Shown here: positions 18,292-26,845 of the stretch, piece after piece
How the letters are laid out: the number at the start of each line of letters is the position of its first letter
Position numbering within the stretch: position 1 is the first letter of the stretch
Sequence record: PP496441.1
Direction: 5' to 3' (one strand)
DNA: 64,000 bases
Translations under genes and position numbers: made by a program
The notes under the pieces: model-generated
The model's input: only the letters and a program-made list of their open reading frames with translations
The model's database searches: none
Told to the model about the DNA's origin: nothing

Positions 18292-19494
18292 ATGACCACC
18301 AAGACAATGCTGTTGAACAACGTCACCGCCATCGATGTAGGCTTCCTGACCGCCCAAGGCGTGTTCGGGGCCAGCGTACGCCCTTCGTTCCTTATCACCG
18401 GCGAGATGTCCGGGGACGAACAGGTGGTTGTGGATTTCTCCACGATCAAGAAGTCCATCAAGGAACTGATCGACCACAAAGAGCTGGGCATCGATCACAA
18501 GACCATCGTCATCGGTCCAGCGTTTCCAAAACCTGAAGATGACGATAACTTCACCGTCACTATGGGCGGTCCTGTGGGTGGTTCCGTTCGCATGACTGCC
18601 CCGGAAGACGCTTTCGTGTTCTTGTCCGAACGTTGCCCCAACGCACTCAGCGAAGACTGGAACACCAAGGGTAAGCTGCTGTCCGATTGCGTTGTCGTAG
18701 ATCGTCACGGCGGGTTGGTATCCCCAGAGCGCTTCGTCATTCCGTTGGTGCAAGAACTGCTGAGCCGCGAACTGCCAAAGCTCTTCCCGACCCTGACCGA
18801 CATCAAGGTGTTCTACAGCAAAGACGTCACGGCGGCGCTGCAACCTAGCCACATCCGTGTGGGCGCCATGTTCAGGGGTGCAGACCATGATCCGATGATG
18901 GACACGCTGGTGGAAGACAACATCCGCCTCACCTATTCCCACGGCTTGCCCCGTTCCACCAGCTGGGGTTGCCAGAACATCCTGCACGGTCACGTCAGCG
19001 TCGTGACACTGGCTATGCCTCATTCCCGAGCGGACCACACCCAGGCTATCCTGCTGGAAATTCGCCACGATCTGGCGGGCAAGTACCTGGTGGCCGAACG
19101 CGACGTACTCCCGGCGGATGATGAACCGTCTGTACTGGACGACGAAGATGCCGTATTGGAAGGCACCGACGAAGATCAGGACGCTAACTCCGACGATCTG
19201 ATGGACGCACACACCATGTCTGAAGACGATGCGCCGGACGAAGTTGACGACGTAGCTATCCAAGGTACGAACATCGAGTTCGAGTCCATGTCTCGCGGCT
19301 CGTTCAGCCTGTTCCTGCCACACGGCAGCACCCAGATCAAAGTGATGCCGACGGACACCACCGTTGAAAACATCGCCCAGTACATCTGGGACACTCACGT
19401 CCAGCCCGCCATCGAAGCCTACGAACTGACCGACGTATCCATGTACGTCTCGGAAGGCTTGGACAAAGGCGCATTCATCCGTCAGCAGGTATGA
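18292..19494 (+). CDS. queD: two-domain QueD/6-carboxytetrahydropterin synthase-like protein
   Basis: VDFSTIKK...IDHK, SHGL......CQNILHGH and TTVENIA T-fold motifs; acidic insertion. Confidence 0.78.
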   Translation: MTTKTMLLNNVTAIDVGFLTAQGVFGASVRPSFLITGEMSGDEQVVVDFSTIKKSIKELIDHKELGIDHKTIVIGPAFPKPEDDDNFTVTMGGPVGGSVRMTAPEDAFVFLSERCPNALSEDWNTKGKLLSDCVVVDRHGGLVSPERFVIPLVQELLSRELPKLFPTLTDIKVFYSKDVTAALQPSHIRVGAMFRGADHDPMMDTLVEDNIRLTYSHGLPRSTSWGCQNILHGHVSVVTLAMPHSRADHTQAILLEIRHDLAGKYLVAERDVLPADDEPSVLDDEDAVLEGTDEDQDANSDDLMDAHTMSEDDAPDEVDDVAIQGTNIEFESMSRGSFSLFLPHGSTQIKVMPTDTTVENIAQYIWDTHVQPAIEAYELTDVSMYVSEGLDKGAFIRQQV

Positions 19495-19523
19495 GCATGC
19501 TTGCACAACTCCGAGGTAACACC

Positions 19524-19880
19524 ATGATCAAGTTGGCGCTGGCCCTGCTGATGACAATGGGGGCCATGTACGGCCTTCCGATGGCACAAGCTTCCGAACC
19601 GTTACAAGGTAAGTACGAAGGTTATCAGTTCGGTGTTACTCGGTGCGACGCCCGCAACATGTCTGATCTCGGTCAGGGTTGCATCATGCGTGAGAGCATG
19701 TTTGAAGCGCGTGCCTTCAACTGGTCCGACTGGATCGTTCGGCTGACCCAGAACCGAACGGCTATCGTCACCGACATCCGGTATCAAGACGGTAAGTCTG
19801 GGGCTGATCCTTTCATCAACGTCTATTACATCTACGACCCGCACGCTCGGTACGATGAGTTGGCACCCAAGAAGGAGTAG
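19524..19880 (+). CDS. small exported protein, paralogue of 15063
   Basis: GAGGT RBS; signal peptide ending AQA. Confidence 0.65.
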   Translation: MIKLALALLMTMGAMYGLPMAQASEPLQGKYEGYQFGVTRCDARNMSDLGQGCIMRESMFEARAFNWSDWIVRLTQNRTAIVTDIRYQDGKSGADPFINVYYIYDPHARYDELAPKKE

Positions 19881-19884
19881 TACC

Positions 19885-20457
19885 ATGATCATCTTTCCGC
19901 CGGGACTGGACGTAACCCAACGAGACAGCGCCGAGTGCGCCTATAATCGTCTGATGTTGCAGCTGGACTTAATGGAAGACGACAACGATCATACGCTCGA
20001 AATGGAGCAGATGCTGGCCGAACACCGTCAGCAATTGGAACTGTGGATCTGCATGTTCATGGAGAAGATTGCACTGGGGTTGCACTCCAGCCCGGTGTGG
20101 CAAGAGGCCGCAGTGCTGAACATGCAACAGATCCAATCCATCCTCGACATTATGGTCGTCTTGGTTGGTAGCCTTGATCCCAAGGAGAAGATGGAGGGTG
20201 AGTTCCCGGAACGGCGGACAAGATCATTAGCGTTGGCTCAATCCTTCGAGAAACAACGCCGGTACAAGAACTACTTCGTTAGCACGGTAGAGAGTTTCTT
20301 TTGCTCTTTGTTCCTCGCCGTGTACCGATACAACTGGCCTTACGTGGGCAAGCTGTCCCCCGAAGATGTGCGGCTGGACTTCCTACTAGAAGAGGGAAAA
20401 CGCTACATACGTGCGTTGGAGATCAATCAAAGTCAGATGAATAATGCTCGGGTCTGA
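19885..20457 (+). CDS. hypothetical protein
   Basis: AAGGAG RBS; all-helical composition. Confidence 0.65.
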   Translation: MIIFPPGLDVTQRDSAECAYNRLMLQLDLMEDDNDHTLEMEQMLAEHRQQLELWICMFMEKIALGLHSSPVWQEAAVLNMQQIQSILDIMVVLVGSLDPKEKMEGEFPERRTRSLALAQSFEKQRRYKNYFVSTVESFFCSLFLAVYRYNWPYVGKLSPEDVRLDFLLEEGKRYIRALEINQSQMNNARV

Positions 20458-20558
20458 CTGAACTTTCCTACCTTTTCCTCCCGACTTACTACCCCTTGGG
20501 CAAGCTAATTCCAAGCATGTCCAACGAAATATATAACCTGCTTTAGGAGTGCTACCAG

Positions 20559-23432
20559 ATGTATGTAATCCGCCGAGACGGAAGTCGTTCCTTGTTCCAG
20601 AGCGAAAAAATCCGGGCTGCTATTGAGCGAGCCTTCTTCGCGGTACACGGTCGTGATGCTGATATTCCCACACAGACTGGCCGTGTCACTCAGGCAGTAG
20701 AGTCTGGCTTATCCAGTCAAGAATCTGTCCACATCGAAGTCATTCAGGAAGGCGTACTCGCTGCGCTGATCGCGGAAGGCCACCCTCGCGTCGAGCATGC
20801 CTACCGCGTGTATCGAGACGCCCGCACTGCCCAGCGTGAGCTGCCCCAGGCTTACACTGACGAGAACGGTACTGCTATCAGCATCCCGGCTCTCACCGAC
20901 ATCCTCGCCCGCGTATCCTTCCGCCTGCCCTACGACGTGACGGTTCACTTGGACCTGGTGGCCGTGGCGCGCTCGGCGTTCCTGCAGATGTTCAACGGGA
21001 TCAAGGCAGCTGACGTGCACAACGCACTGATCTTGGCAACCCGTGCGTTCATCGAGCGTGCCCCGGAGTACAGCAATCTGGCAGCGCAACTGCTGCTGGC
21101 CCAGACGGCGCGTGAAGTGTGGGACCTTGACGCCACCACGTACCCCACCGCCGATACCTACGCCAAGTGCTACAAGCAGGATACCGTAAGGCTTCTGATT
21201 GTCGGCGTGAAAGACGGCATCTACGATCCCAAGCTGACCACTGGTGGCAGATTAGGATTTGACTTGGACCTCCTCCGGTCAGCAATCAAACCGGAACGTG
21301 ACCTGCAGTTCGACTACTTGGGTTTGCAGACCCTGTACGACCGTTACTTCATCCGCCGCGCGGGCGAAGGCGTTCGTATCGAAATGCCACAGACGTTCTT
21401 CATGCGGGTGGCCATGGGTCTGGCGATCCTTGAAAGCGATCCAACGTCAGCGGCGCTTGAGTTCTACGATGTGCTATCCACGTTCGACTACATGGCCTCA
21501 ACCCCCACCCTGTTCAACGCAGGCACCACGCACAGTCAGATGTCGAGTTGCTACTTGACTACGGTGCCGGACGACCTGCTGGGCATCTACGGCGCCATCC
21601 AAGACAACGCTATGCTGTCCAAGTACGCAGGTGGTCTGGGCAACGACTGGACGCCGGTACGTGCGCTGGGTAGCCTGATCAAGGGCACCAACGGCAGGTC
21701 GCAAGGCGTGGTCCCGTTCCTCAAGGTGGTTAACGACACCGCCGTCGCTGTGAACCAAGGCGGAAAGCGCAAGGGTGCCGTGTGTGCATACCTTGAAACG
21801 TGGCACATGGACATCGAAGAGTTCACCGAGCTGCGCAAGAACACAGGTGATGATCGTCGTCGTACCCACGACATGAACACCGCCAACTGGGTTCCTGACC
21901 TGTTCATGGATCGCCAGATGAAGGACATGGATTGGACCTTGTTCACTCCGTCGGAATGCCCTGACCTCCATGAGCTGTACGGCGAGGCTTTCAAAAACCG
22001 TTACGAGTTCTACGAGGCGGAAGCTGCCGCTGGCCGTATCCAGACCTTCAAGACCGTGCGCGCCAAGGACTTGTACCGCAAGATCCTGTCCATGATCTTC
22101 GAAACCGGCCACCCGTGGATCACGTTCAAAGATCCGTGCAACATCCGCAGCCCGCAGCAACACGTCGGCGTCGTTCACAGCTCCAACCTGTGTACTGAGA
22201 TCACCCTGAACACGAAGTCCTCCATGCCTGAACTTAAGGACGGCGAGACGGCAGTGTGCAACTTGGGTTCGATCAACCTGCCGCGCCACTTGAAATACGT
22301 GGGCGAAGGTGGGCAGTCTCTGGACATCGACCACGAGAAGCTGAAACGCACCGTGACTCTGGCCGTGCGTATGTTGGACAACGTGATCGACATCAACTTC
22401 TACCCGACCAAGGAAGCGAAGAACAGCAACATGCGCCACCGTCCGATCGGTCTGGGTGTCATGGGCTTCCAAGACGTGTTGTACGCCAACAACGTCGGCT
22501 ATGACAGCGAGCTGGCTACGTTCTGGGCGGGCTACTTCCAGCGGTCCATCGCCTTGTACGCTATCAACGCATCATGTGATCTGGCCCAACTACGCGGTGC
22601 GTACGAATCATTCCAAGGTTCGGATTGGTCGCTGGGTGTTCTTCCAGTTCACACGTTCCAAACCCAGATCGATATCCGTCGTCGTCAGGGCTTCAAGGTG
22701 GAAGCAGCGCAGAAAGCCCAAGATCATGCGTACTTTATCGGCAAAACCAAGATCAACGGCAAGACGCTGAACGAGTTGGAAAGCCAATTGGCGAACAAGG
22801 TAACTCACGGCATGCGTAACAGCAACGTGATGGCGATTGCGCCGACGGCTACCATCTCGAACATCGTGGGTGTGACTCAGAGCATCGAGCCTACGTACGA
22901 GCAGGTGTTCGTCAAGGACAACCTGAGCGGCAAGTTCACCGTGATCAACCGCTTCTTGGTTGAGCAGCTGCGTAATTGCGGTCTGTGGGACTCGGACATG
23001 CTCGACCAGCTCAAGATGAAAAACGGATCCATTCAGGGCATCCCTGAAATCCCGGAAGGCATCAAGGACGTGTATCGCACTGCGTTCGAGTATGAGCCTG
23101 AGGTGCTGATCAACTGTGCCATCCAGCGTCAGATCCCTATTGATCAGGCACAGTCGCTCAATCTGTACATGGCGAACCCGTCGGGTAAGAAGCTGGCGAA
23201 CACGTACGACTACGGCTTCGAGATTGGGTTGAAGACCACGTATTACCTCCGCGCCAAGGCTGCGTCGTCCATCGAGAAGTCCACCAGTCGTACCGGCGGC
23301 GAGTTGAACAGCGTCAAGAACGCTGCGAAGGTAGAAGCCCCCGTTGCTGCTCCAATGCCGGAAGCTGAAGGTGCTGCATGCTTCCTGCGTCCAGGTGATC
23401 CGGGCTTTGCAGAGTGCGAAAGCTGCCAGTAG
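20559..23432 (+). CDS. nrdA: class Ia ribonucleotide reductase alpha subunit
   Basis: ATP cone VIRRDG, SPTLFNAG-like STPTLFNAG, SSCYL, SNLCTEI, AVCNLGS, APTATIS, TTYYLR, C-terminal CESCQ. Confidence 0.97.
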   Translation: MYVIRRDGSRSLFQSEKIRAAIERAFFAVHGRDADIPTQTGRVTQAVESGLSSQESVHIEVIQEGVLAALIAEGHPRVEHAYRVYRDARTAQRELPQAYTDENGTAISIPALTDILARVSFRLPYDVTVHLDLVAVARSAFLQMFNGIKAADVHNALILATRAFIERAPEYSNLAAQLLLAQTAREVWDLDATTYPTADTYAKCYKQDTVRLLIVGVKDGIYDPKLTTGGRLGFDLDLLRSAIKPERDLQFDYLGLQTLYDRYFIRRAGEGVRIEMPQTFFMRVAMGLAILESDPTSAALEFYDVLSTFDYMASTPTLFNAGTTHSQMSSCYLTTVPDDLLGIYGAIQDNAMLSKYAGGLGNDWTPVRALGSLIKGTNGRSQGVVPFLKVVNDTAVAVNQGGKRKGAVCAYLETWHMDIEEFTELRKNTGDDRRRTHDMNTANWVPDLFMDRQMKDMDWTLFTPSECPDLHELYGEAFKNRYEFYEAEAAAGRIQTFKTVRAKDLYRKILSMIFETGHPWITFKDPCNIRSPQQHVGVVHSSNLCTEITLNTKSSMPELKDGETAVCNLGSINLPRHLKYVGEGGQSLDIDHEKLKRTVTLAVRMLDNVIDINFYPTKEAKNSNMRHRPIGLGVMGFQDVLYANNVGYDSELATFWAGYFQRSIALYAINASCDLAQLRGAYESFQGSDWSLGVLPVHTFQTQIDIRRRQGFKVEAAQKAQDHAYFIGKTKINGKTLNELESQLANKVTHGMRNSNVMAIAPTATISNIVGVTQSIEPTYEQVFVKDNLSGKFTVINRFLVEQLRNCGLWDSDMLDQLKMKNGSIQGIPEIPEGIKDVYRTAFEYEPEVLINCAIQRQIPIDQAQSLNLYMANPSGKKLANTYDYGFEIGLKTTYYLRAKAASSIEKSTSRTGGELNSVKNAAKVEAPVAAPMPEAEGAACFLRPGDPGFAECESCQ

Positions 23433-23456
23433 TCTGATCCAGCTGTAATGTAAATG

Positions 23457-23490
23457 ATAGGGCGGGCAGGCAACTGTTTCCGCCCTATTT
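23457..23490 (+). promoter_or_regulatory. strong hairpin between nrdA and nrdB-like gene (terminator or processing site)
   Basis: ATAGGGCGG/CCGCCCTAT stem with CAG-GCAA-CTG cap. Confidence 0.6.
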
Positions 23491-23516
23491 CATCTGTTGC
23501 ACATGGGGCTTACCTT

Positions 23517-24302
23517 ATGAGTGCTGTACCTAATCGTGTGTCCCTAGTGGACAAGCGCATCTTCAACGGAAAGGCTGATGTCAACGCCTTGCTACCGCTT
23601 CGGTATCCGTGGGCCTATGACGCCTACGTGAACGCGAACAAGAACCACTGGCTTCCCGGCGACATCCACCTCGATCTGGATCGAGTCAACCATGAACATC
23701 AGTCGTACTGGCCTGCTGTCAGCCGGTTCCTGATCAGCGTAGCCCAGCGCGCCGAGATCGATCGACAGCACATGCTCTTCGTGTATCGGGCCACCACGGC
23801 GCCCGAGGTTCGTCAGCGCTTCCTCCGCATGGGGCAGGAAGACACCATTGCCATCATGCTGGCGCAAGACATGGGGCTGGCACTGGAAGACTTCATCCCG
23901 TCTCCAGAGGTGGTGTTGTACAAGACGGAGAAAGCCTATCTGGCCGGGCTCATGGAACTGATCGAGCGTAAGCTCTTGTCCGTGGCCGAAGGCAAGTACA
24001 TCCTCGAAGAAGTGCCGGGGGTGCACCAGAATATACGCAAAGCAGTTGAGAACATCCACCGCGACGTGGACTCTCAGTTGGACTTCCTGTTCACCCTGCT
24101 GCGCACCTTCCTTGGCGAATGCGAGGTCAGCTCCTACCGGGGTTGCAACACGCAAGCGTTCTGGCAGAGCAGCAACCAGTACCACGCCCACCTGAACTCG
24201 ATTGTTCTGAACGTTTTGACGGGGGCGCCGGTTACCCCTACGCCGTATCAGACACAGGTGGTCGCAGACAACCAAACCAAAGACACACTGACCTGGGACT
24301 GA
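23517..24302 (+). CDS. degenerate NrdB paralogue lacking metal ligands and radical Tyr
   Basis: KRIFNGKAD..LLPLRYPWAY...NHWLP N-terminus; EEAxH replaced by EDTIA; RDESxH replaced by RDVDSQ; ends LTWD. Confidence 0.8.
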   Translation: MSAVPNRVSLVDKRIFNGKADVNALLPLRYPWAYDAYVNANKNHWLPGDIHLDLDRVNHEHQSYWPAVSRFLISVAQRAEIDRQHMLFVYRATTAPEVRQRFLRMGQEDTIAIMLAQDMGLALEDFIPSPEVVLYKTEKAYLAGLMELIERKLLSVAEGKYILEEVPGVHQNIRKAVENIHRDVDSQLDFLFTLLRTFLGECEVSSYRGCNTQAFWQSSNQYHAHLNSIVLNVLTGAPVTPTPYQTQVVADNQTKDTLTWD

Positions 24303-24304
24303 CT

Positions 24305-25279
24305 ATGACCGTTCTTACTCACGTAAACCCGCACGAACATGAGTGGGCGTTGGAAAAGACCTTGGCGTCAAACTCGAACCATTGGTTGCCCCAAGAGATT
24401 GGACTGTCCACCGACATCCTGCAATGGAAGACCGGACAGTTGAGCGACGACGAGATGCGCATGGTCAAGCGTAACCTCGGGTTCTTCTCCACCGCTGACT
24501 CGCTGGCCGCGAACAACATCATCCTCGGCACTATACGCCACATAAAGAACCGTAACTGTCGCCACTACCTGTTCCGACAAGCGTATGAAGAGGCATTCCA
24601 CACGGAGTCCTACGCGTACGTGATCGAGAGCCTTGGTTTGGATCAGGGTGAGATCTTCAACGCGTACAACGAGATCGACTCGATCCGGGCCAAGGACGAA
24701 TTCCTTCTGCCGTACATCGAGGTGCTGACCGATCCGGCGTTCCAAGCGGACACCATCGAGAACGTCCAGATCCTGCTCAAGTCACTTTTCGCTTTCGCGT
24801 GCATTATGGAAGGTCTGTTCTTCTACGTCGGCTTCGTCCAGATGCTGTCGCTGGGCCGTCGCAACAAGCTGCCCGGCTCCTCGCAAGAGTTCCAGTACAT
24901 CCTGCGCGATGAGAGCGGCCACTGCAACTTCGGCATCGACCTGATCAACACGATCAAGCGCGAGTACCCAGGCGTGTGGACTGCGGAACTCCAGAAGGAG
25001 TGCACCGACATGTTGCGCACCGGCGTTGACCTGGAGCAAGCCTATGCGGTAGATACCCTGCCCAACGGTGTGCTGGGTCTGAACGCGGACAACACACGCC
25101 AGTACCTGGAGTTCATCGCGGACCGCCGCTGCATTCAGGTGGAGCTGCCAGTACAGTACAACCAGAACGACAACCCGTTCCCGTGGATGTCGGAGATGGT
25201 TGACTTGAACAACGAGGAGAACTTCTTCGAGAAGAAGGTGCTTGCGTACCAGCAAGCCGCCGGACTGGAGTGGGACTAA
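24305..25279 (+). CDS. nrdB: class Ia ribonucleotide reductase beta subunit
   Basis: NHWLPQE, FFSTADS, EEAFHTESY, MEGLFFY, RDESGH, NFFE..V.AYQ...WD; start at ATG 24305. Confidence 0.95.
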   Translation: MTVLTHVNPHEHEWALEKTLASNSNHWLPQEIGLSTDILQWKTGQLSDDEMRMVKRNLGFFSTADSLAANNIILGTIRHIKNRNCRHYLFRQAYEEAFHTESYAYVIESLGLDQGEIFNAYNEIDSIRAKDEFLLPYIEVLTDPAFQADTIENVQILLKSLFAFACIMEGLFFYVGFVQMLSLGRRNKLPGSSQEFQYILRDESGHCNFGIDLINTIKREYPGVWTAELQKECTDMLRTGVDLEQAYAVDTLPNGVLGLNADNTRQYLEFIADRRCIQVELPVQYNQNDNPFPWMSEMVDLNNEENFFEKKVLAYQQAAGLEWD

Positions 25280-25280
25280 C

Positions 25281-25382
25281 ATGATCTATACGTGTCCGAA
25301 GTGTAACCGGTTGCATTCAGATGGGACAAGCAATTTCGAGCTAGTCGTTCTGTGCCGGTATTGCAACCCACTGAAGGGGTAA
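25281..25382 (+). CDS. 33-aa CxxC-CxxC microprotein (not in track)
   Basis: MIYTCPKCNRLHSDGTSNFELVVLCRYCNPLKG; GGAG RBS inside the nrdB end; followed by a terminator. Confidence 0.5.
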   Translation: MIYTCPKCNRLHSDGTSNFELVVLCRYCNPLKG

Positions 25383-25393
25383 TACGGTCCGGT

Positions 25394-25427
25394 AAATAGG
25401 GGAGTGAGCAATCGCTTCCCTATTTTT
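25394..25427 (+). terminator. rho-independent terminator
   Basis: AAATAGGGGAG...CTTCCCTATTTTT. Confidence 0.75.
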
Positions 25428-25444
25428 ATGTCTGGAGTTTGATA

Positions 25445-25687
25445 ATGGCTACCGAGACTAACGACATCTTCGTTGTAATGGCAGACGTGCAGTATGAATC
25501 GTCCACACCGGTTAAAGCCTTCCGGGTAAAGCGTACCGCCGAAGCCTTCCGCAAGAAATGCGAGAAGTATCAGGAGGGTTATTCCGCTGGATTCAATGAT
25601 CAGAAGTGGAAGGACAAACACCCGGCAGGTATCAACAACTACAACGCCGACAGCTACTCACTGGAAGTTATCCCCTTCGTGGGCTAG
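25445..25687 (+). CDS. hypothetical protein, paralogue of 26543
   Basis: FVV.A...YE...P.K.FR and HPAG shared. Confidence 0.7.
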   Translation: MATETNDIFVVMADVQYESSTPVKAFRVKRTAEAFRKKCEKYQEGYSAGFNDQKWKDKHPAGINNYNADSYSLEVIPFVG

Positions 25688-25696
25688 GAGTCTTCT

Positions 25697-26131
25697 ATGA
25701 AGCGGCCAGTGTGGATCACTTTGACCGGTAAGACCAAGAAGCACAACGTCCCCTACCTGATTGATCAGCGCTACGTGCGTGAGTGGATGCACTGGGGACT
25801 GAAGATGTATCCCACGCAATTCCCACCTCCACCGGATACACTGGTAGGTTCCCAATCTACTTCGTGGAAGTTCTGGGACATTCGCAAGTTCTACCTGTGG
25901 AGCGTTAAGTGCACTTGCATCTACACCGGTGAAGTGCACCACCTTGGCGGCGGTTCGTGGCTGACCAAATCTCAAGCGAAAGTCCTGCAAGACGATGGGA
26001 TCGAGCTGGGCATCTTGTTGAATACCATTCCAGAGTGGGTGGTAGATATGGGACTGCTCAAGACTTGGTGCTTCGTACAGGACCTGTTCGCGTTCCGTAA
26101 TCCCTTCCCTCAACGGGAGAAGAACAAATGA
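25697..26131 (+). CDS. hypothetical Trp-rich protein
   Basis: AGGAG RBS; stop overlaps next start. Confidence 0.7.
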   Translation: MKRPVWITLTGKTKKHNVPYLIDQRYVREWMHWGLKMYPTQFPPPPDTLVGSQSTSWKFWDIRKFYLWSVKCTCIYTGEVHHLGGGSWLTKSQAKVLQDDGIELGILLNTIPEWVVDMGLLKTWCFVQDLFAFRNPFPQREKNK

Positions 26132-26358
26132 CTGCTCGTTCAGGCATTACCCATTCCTACAAGGAAACCAAGACGGTAGACATCACTAATCTGGAGTCCC
26201 CCGGTCGTGCCATGTCCAACGGCAAGATCGTGATCAGTGTGACGGATAAGGGAGAGTCCACCATCGAGTGTACCTTTGGTGGGCATCAGTGTGGTATGGT
26301 GACTGATAAGTCTTCACTCTACCAACTGCGAGACGCCCTTACTGATCTTCTGGACTAG
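26128..26358 (+). CDS. hypothetical protein
   Basis: ATGA coupling to upstream gene. Confidence 0.65.
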   Translation: MTARSGITHSYKETKTVDITNLESPGRAMSNGKIVISVTDKGESTIECTFGGHQCGMVTDKSSLYQLRDALTDLLD

Positions 26359-26365
26359 GTGATCT

Positions 26366-26539
26366 ATGACCAACATAGTCAACTTCCCGAAGAAGGATAC
26401 CACTGAGCCGGAGAGTACTGAGCTTGTGCTGAACGATCAGCAGATGGATGAGTTCGAACGTAATCTGGAGCAGCGGCCTCCCGAAACCAATCTGTCACTT
26501 CAGCGCTTGCTAAGGCGCCCTACCCGCTGGAAGGAGTAG
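26366..26539 (+). CDS. 57-aa protein resembling the C-terminal half of DUF1778/TacA antitoxins (not in track)
   Basis: AGGTGA RBS; LVLNDQQMDEFERNLEQRPPETNLSLQRLLRRPTRW. Confidence 0.65.
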   Translation: MTNIVNFPKKDTTEPESTELVLNDQQMDEFERNLEQRPPETNLSLQRLLRRPTRWKE

Positions 26540-26542
26540 ATT

Positions 26543-26842
26543 ATGCCGGACTGCTTTGTGGTACATGCCGAAGCGATGTACGAAGCCCCTGTACCCATCA
26601 AGGTGTTCCGGCGCAAGTACAAAGCCAAACTCTTCATCAAAGAACTACGCGCGTATCATGCGCAGCGTCCCGTCTTACCCTCCACGTTCAACGAGTTAGG
26701 TGTGGGGTATCCCGAAAGCATCTACGCCGCGCACATGGATGCGTACCACATGGATCACATGGACTGGTCTAGTTCCCATCCGGCGGGTATGGCCGGAGAA
26801 GGTGCTGACGACTTCACATTCACCCAATTACCTTTGGAATAG
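26543..26842 (+). CDS. hypothetical protein, paralogue of 25445
   Basis: Shared motifs; AAGGAG RBS. Confidence 0.7.
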   Translation: MPDCFVVHAEAMYEAPVPIKVFRRKYKAKLFIKELRAYHAQRPVLPSTFNELGVGYPESIYAAHMDAYHMDHMDWSSSHPAGMAGEGADDFTFTQLPLE

Positions 26843-26845
26843 AAA

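Noticed and set aside
24119-24304. 62-aa N-terminal extension of nrdB in the track, or a frameshift fusing the two nrdB-like genes
   Set aside because: The extension has no NrdB similarity, both genes have their own NHWLP and WD ends, and I saw no slippery site
25391-25400. GGTAAATAG as another copy of the GGTAAATGA motif
   Set aside because: It is the left arm of a terminator stem
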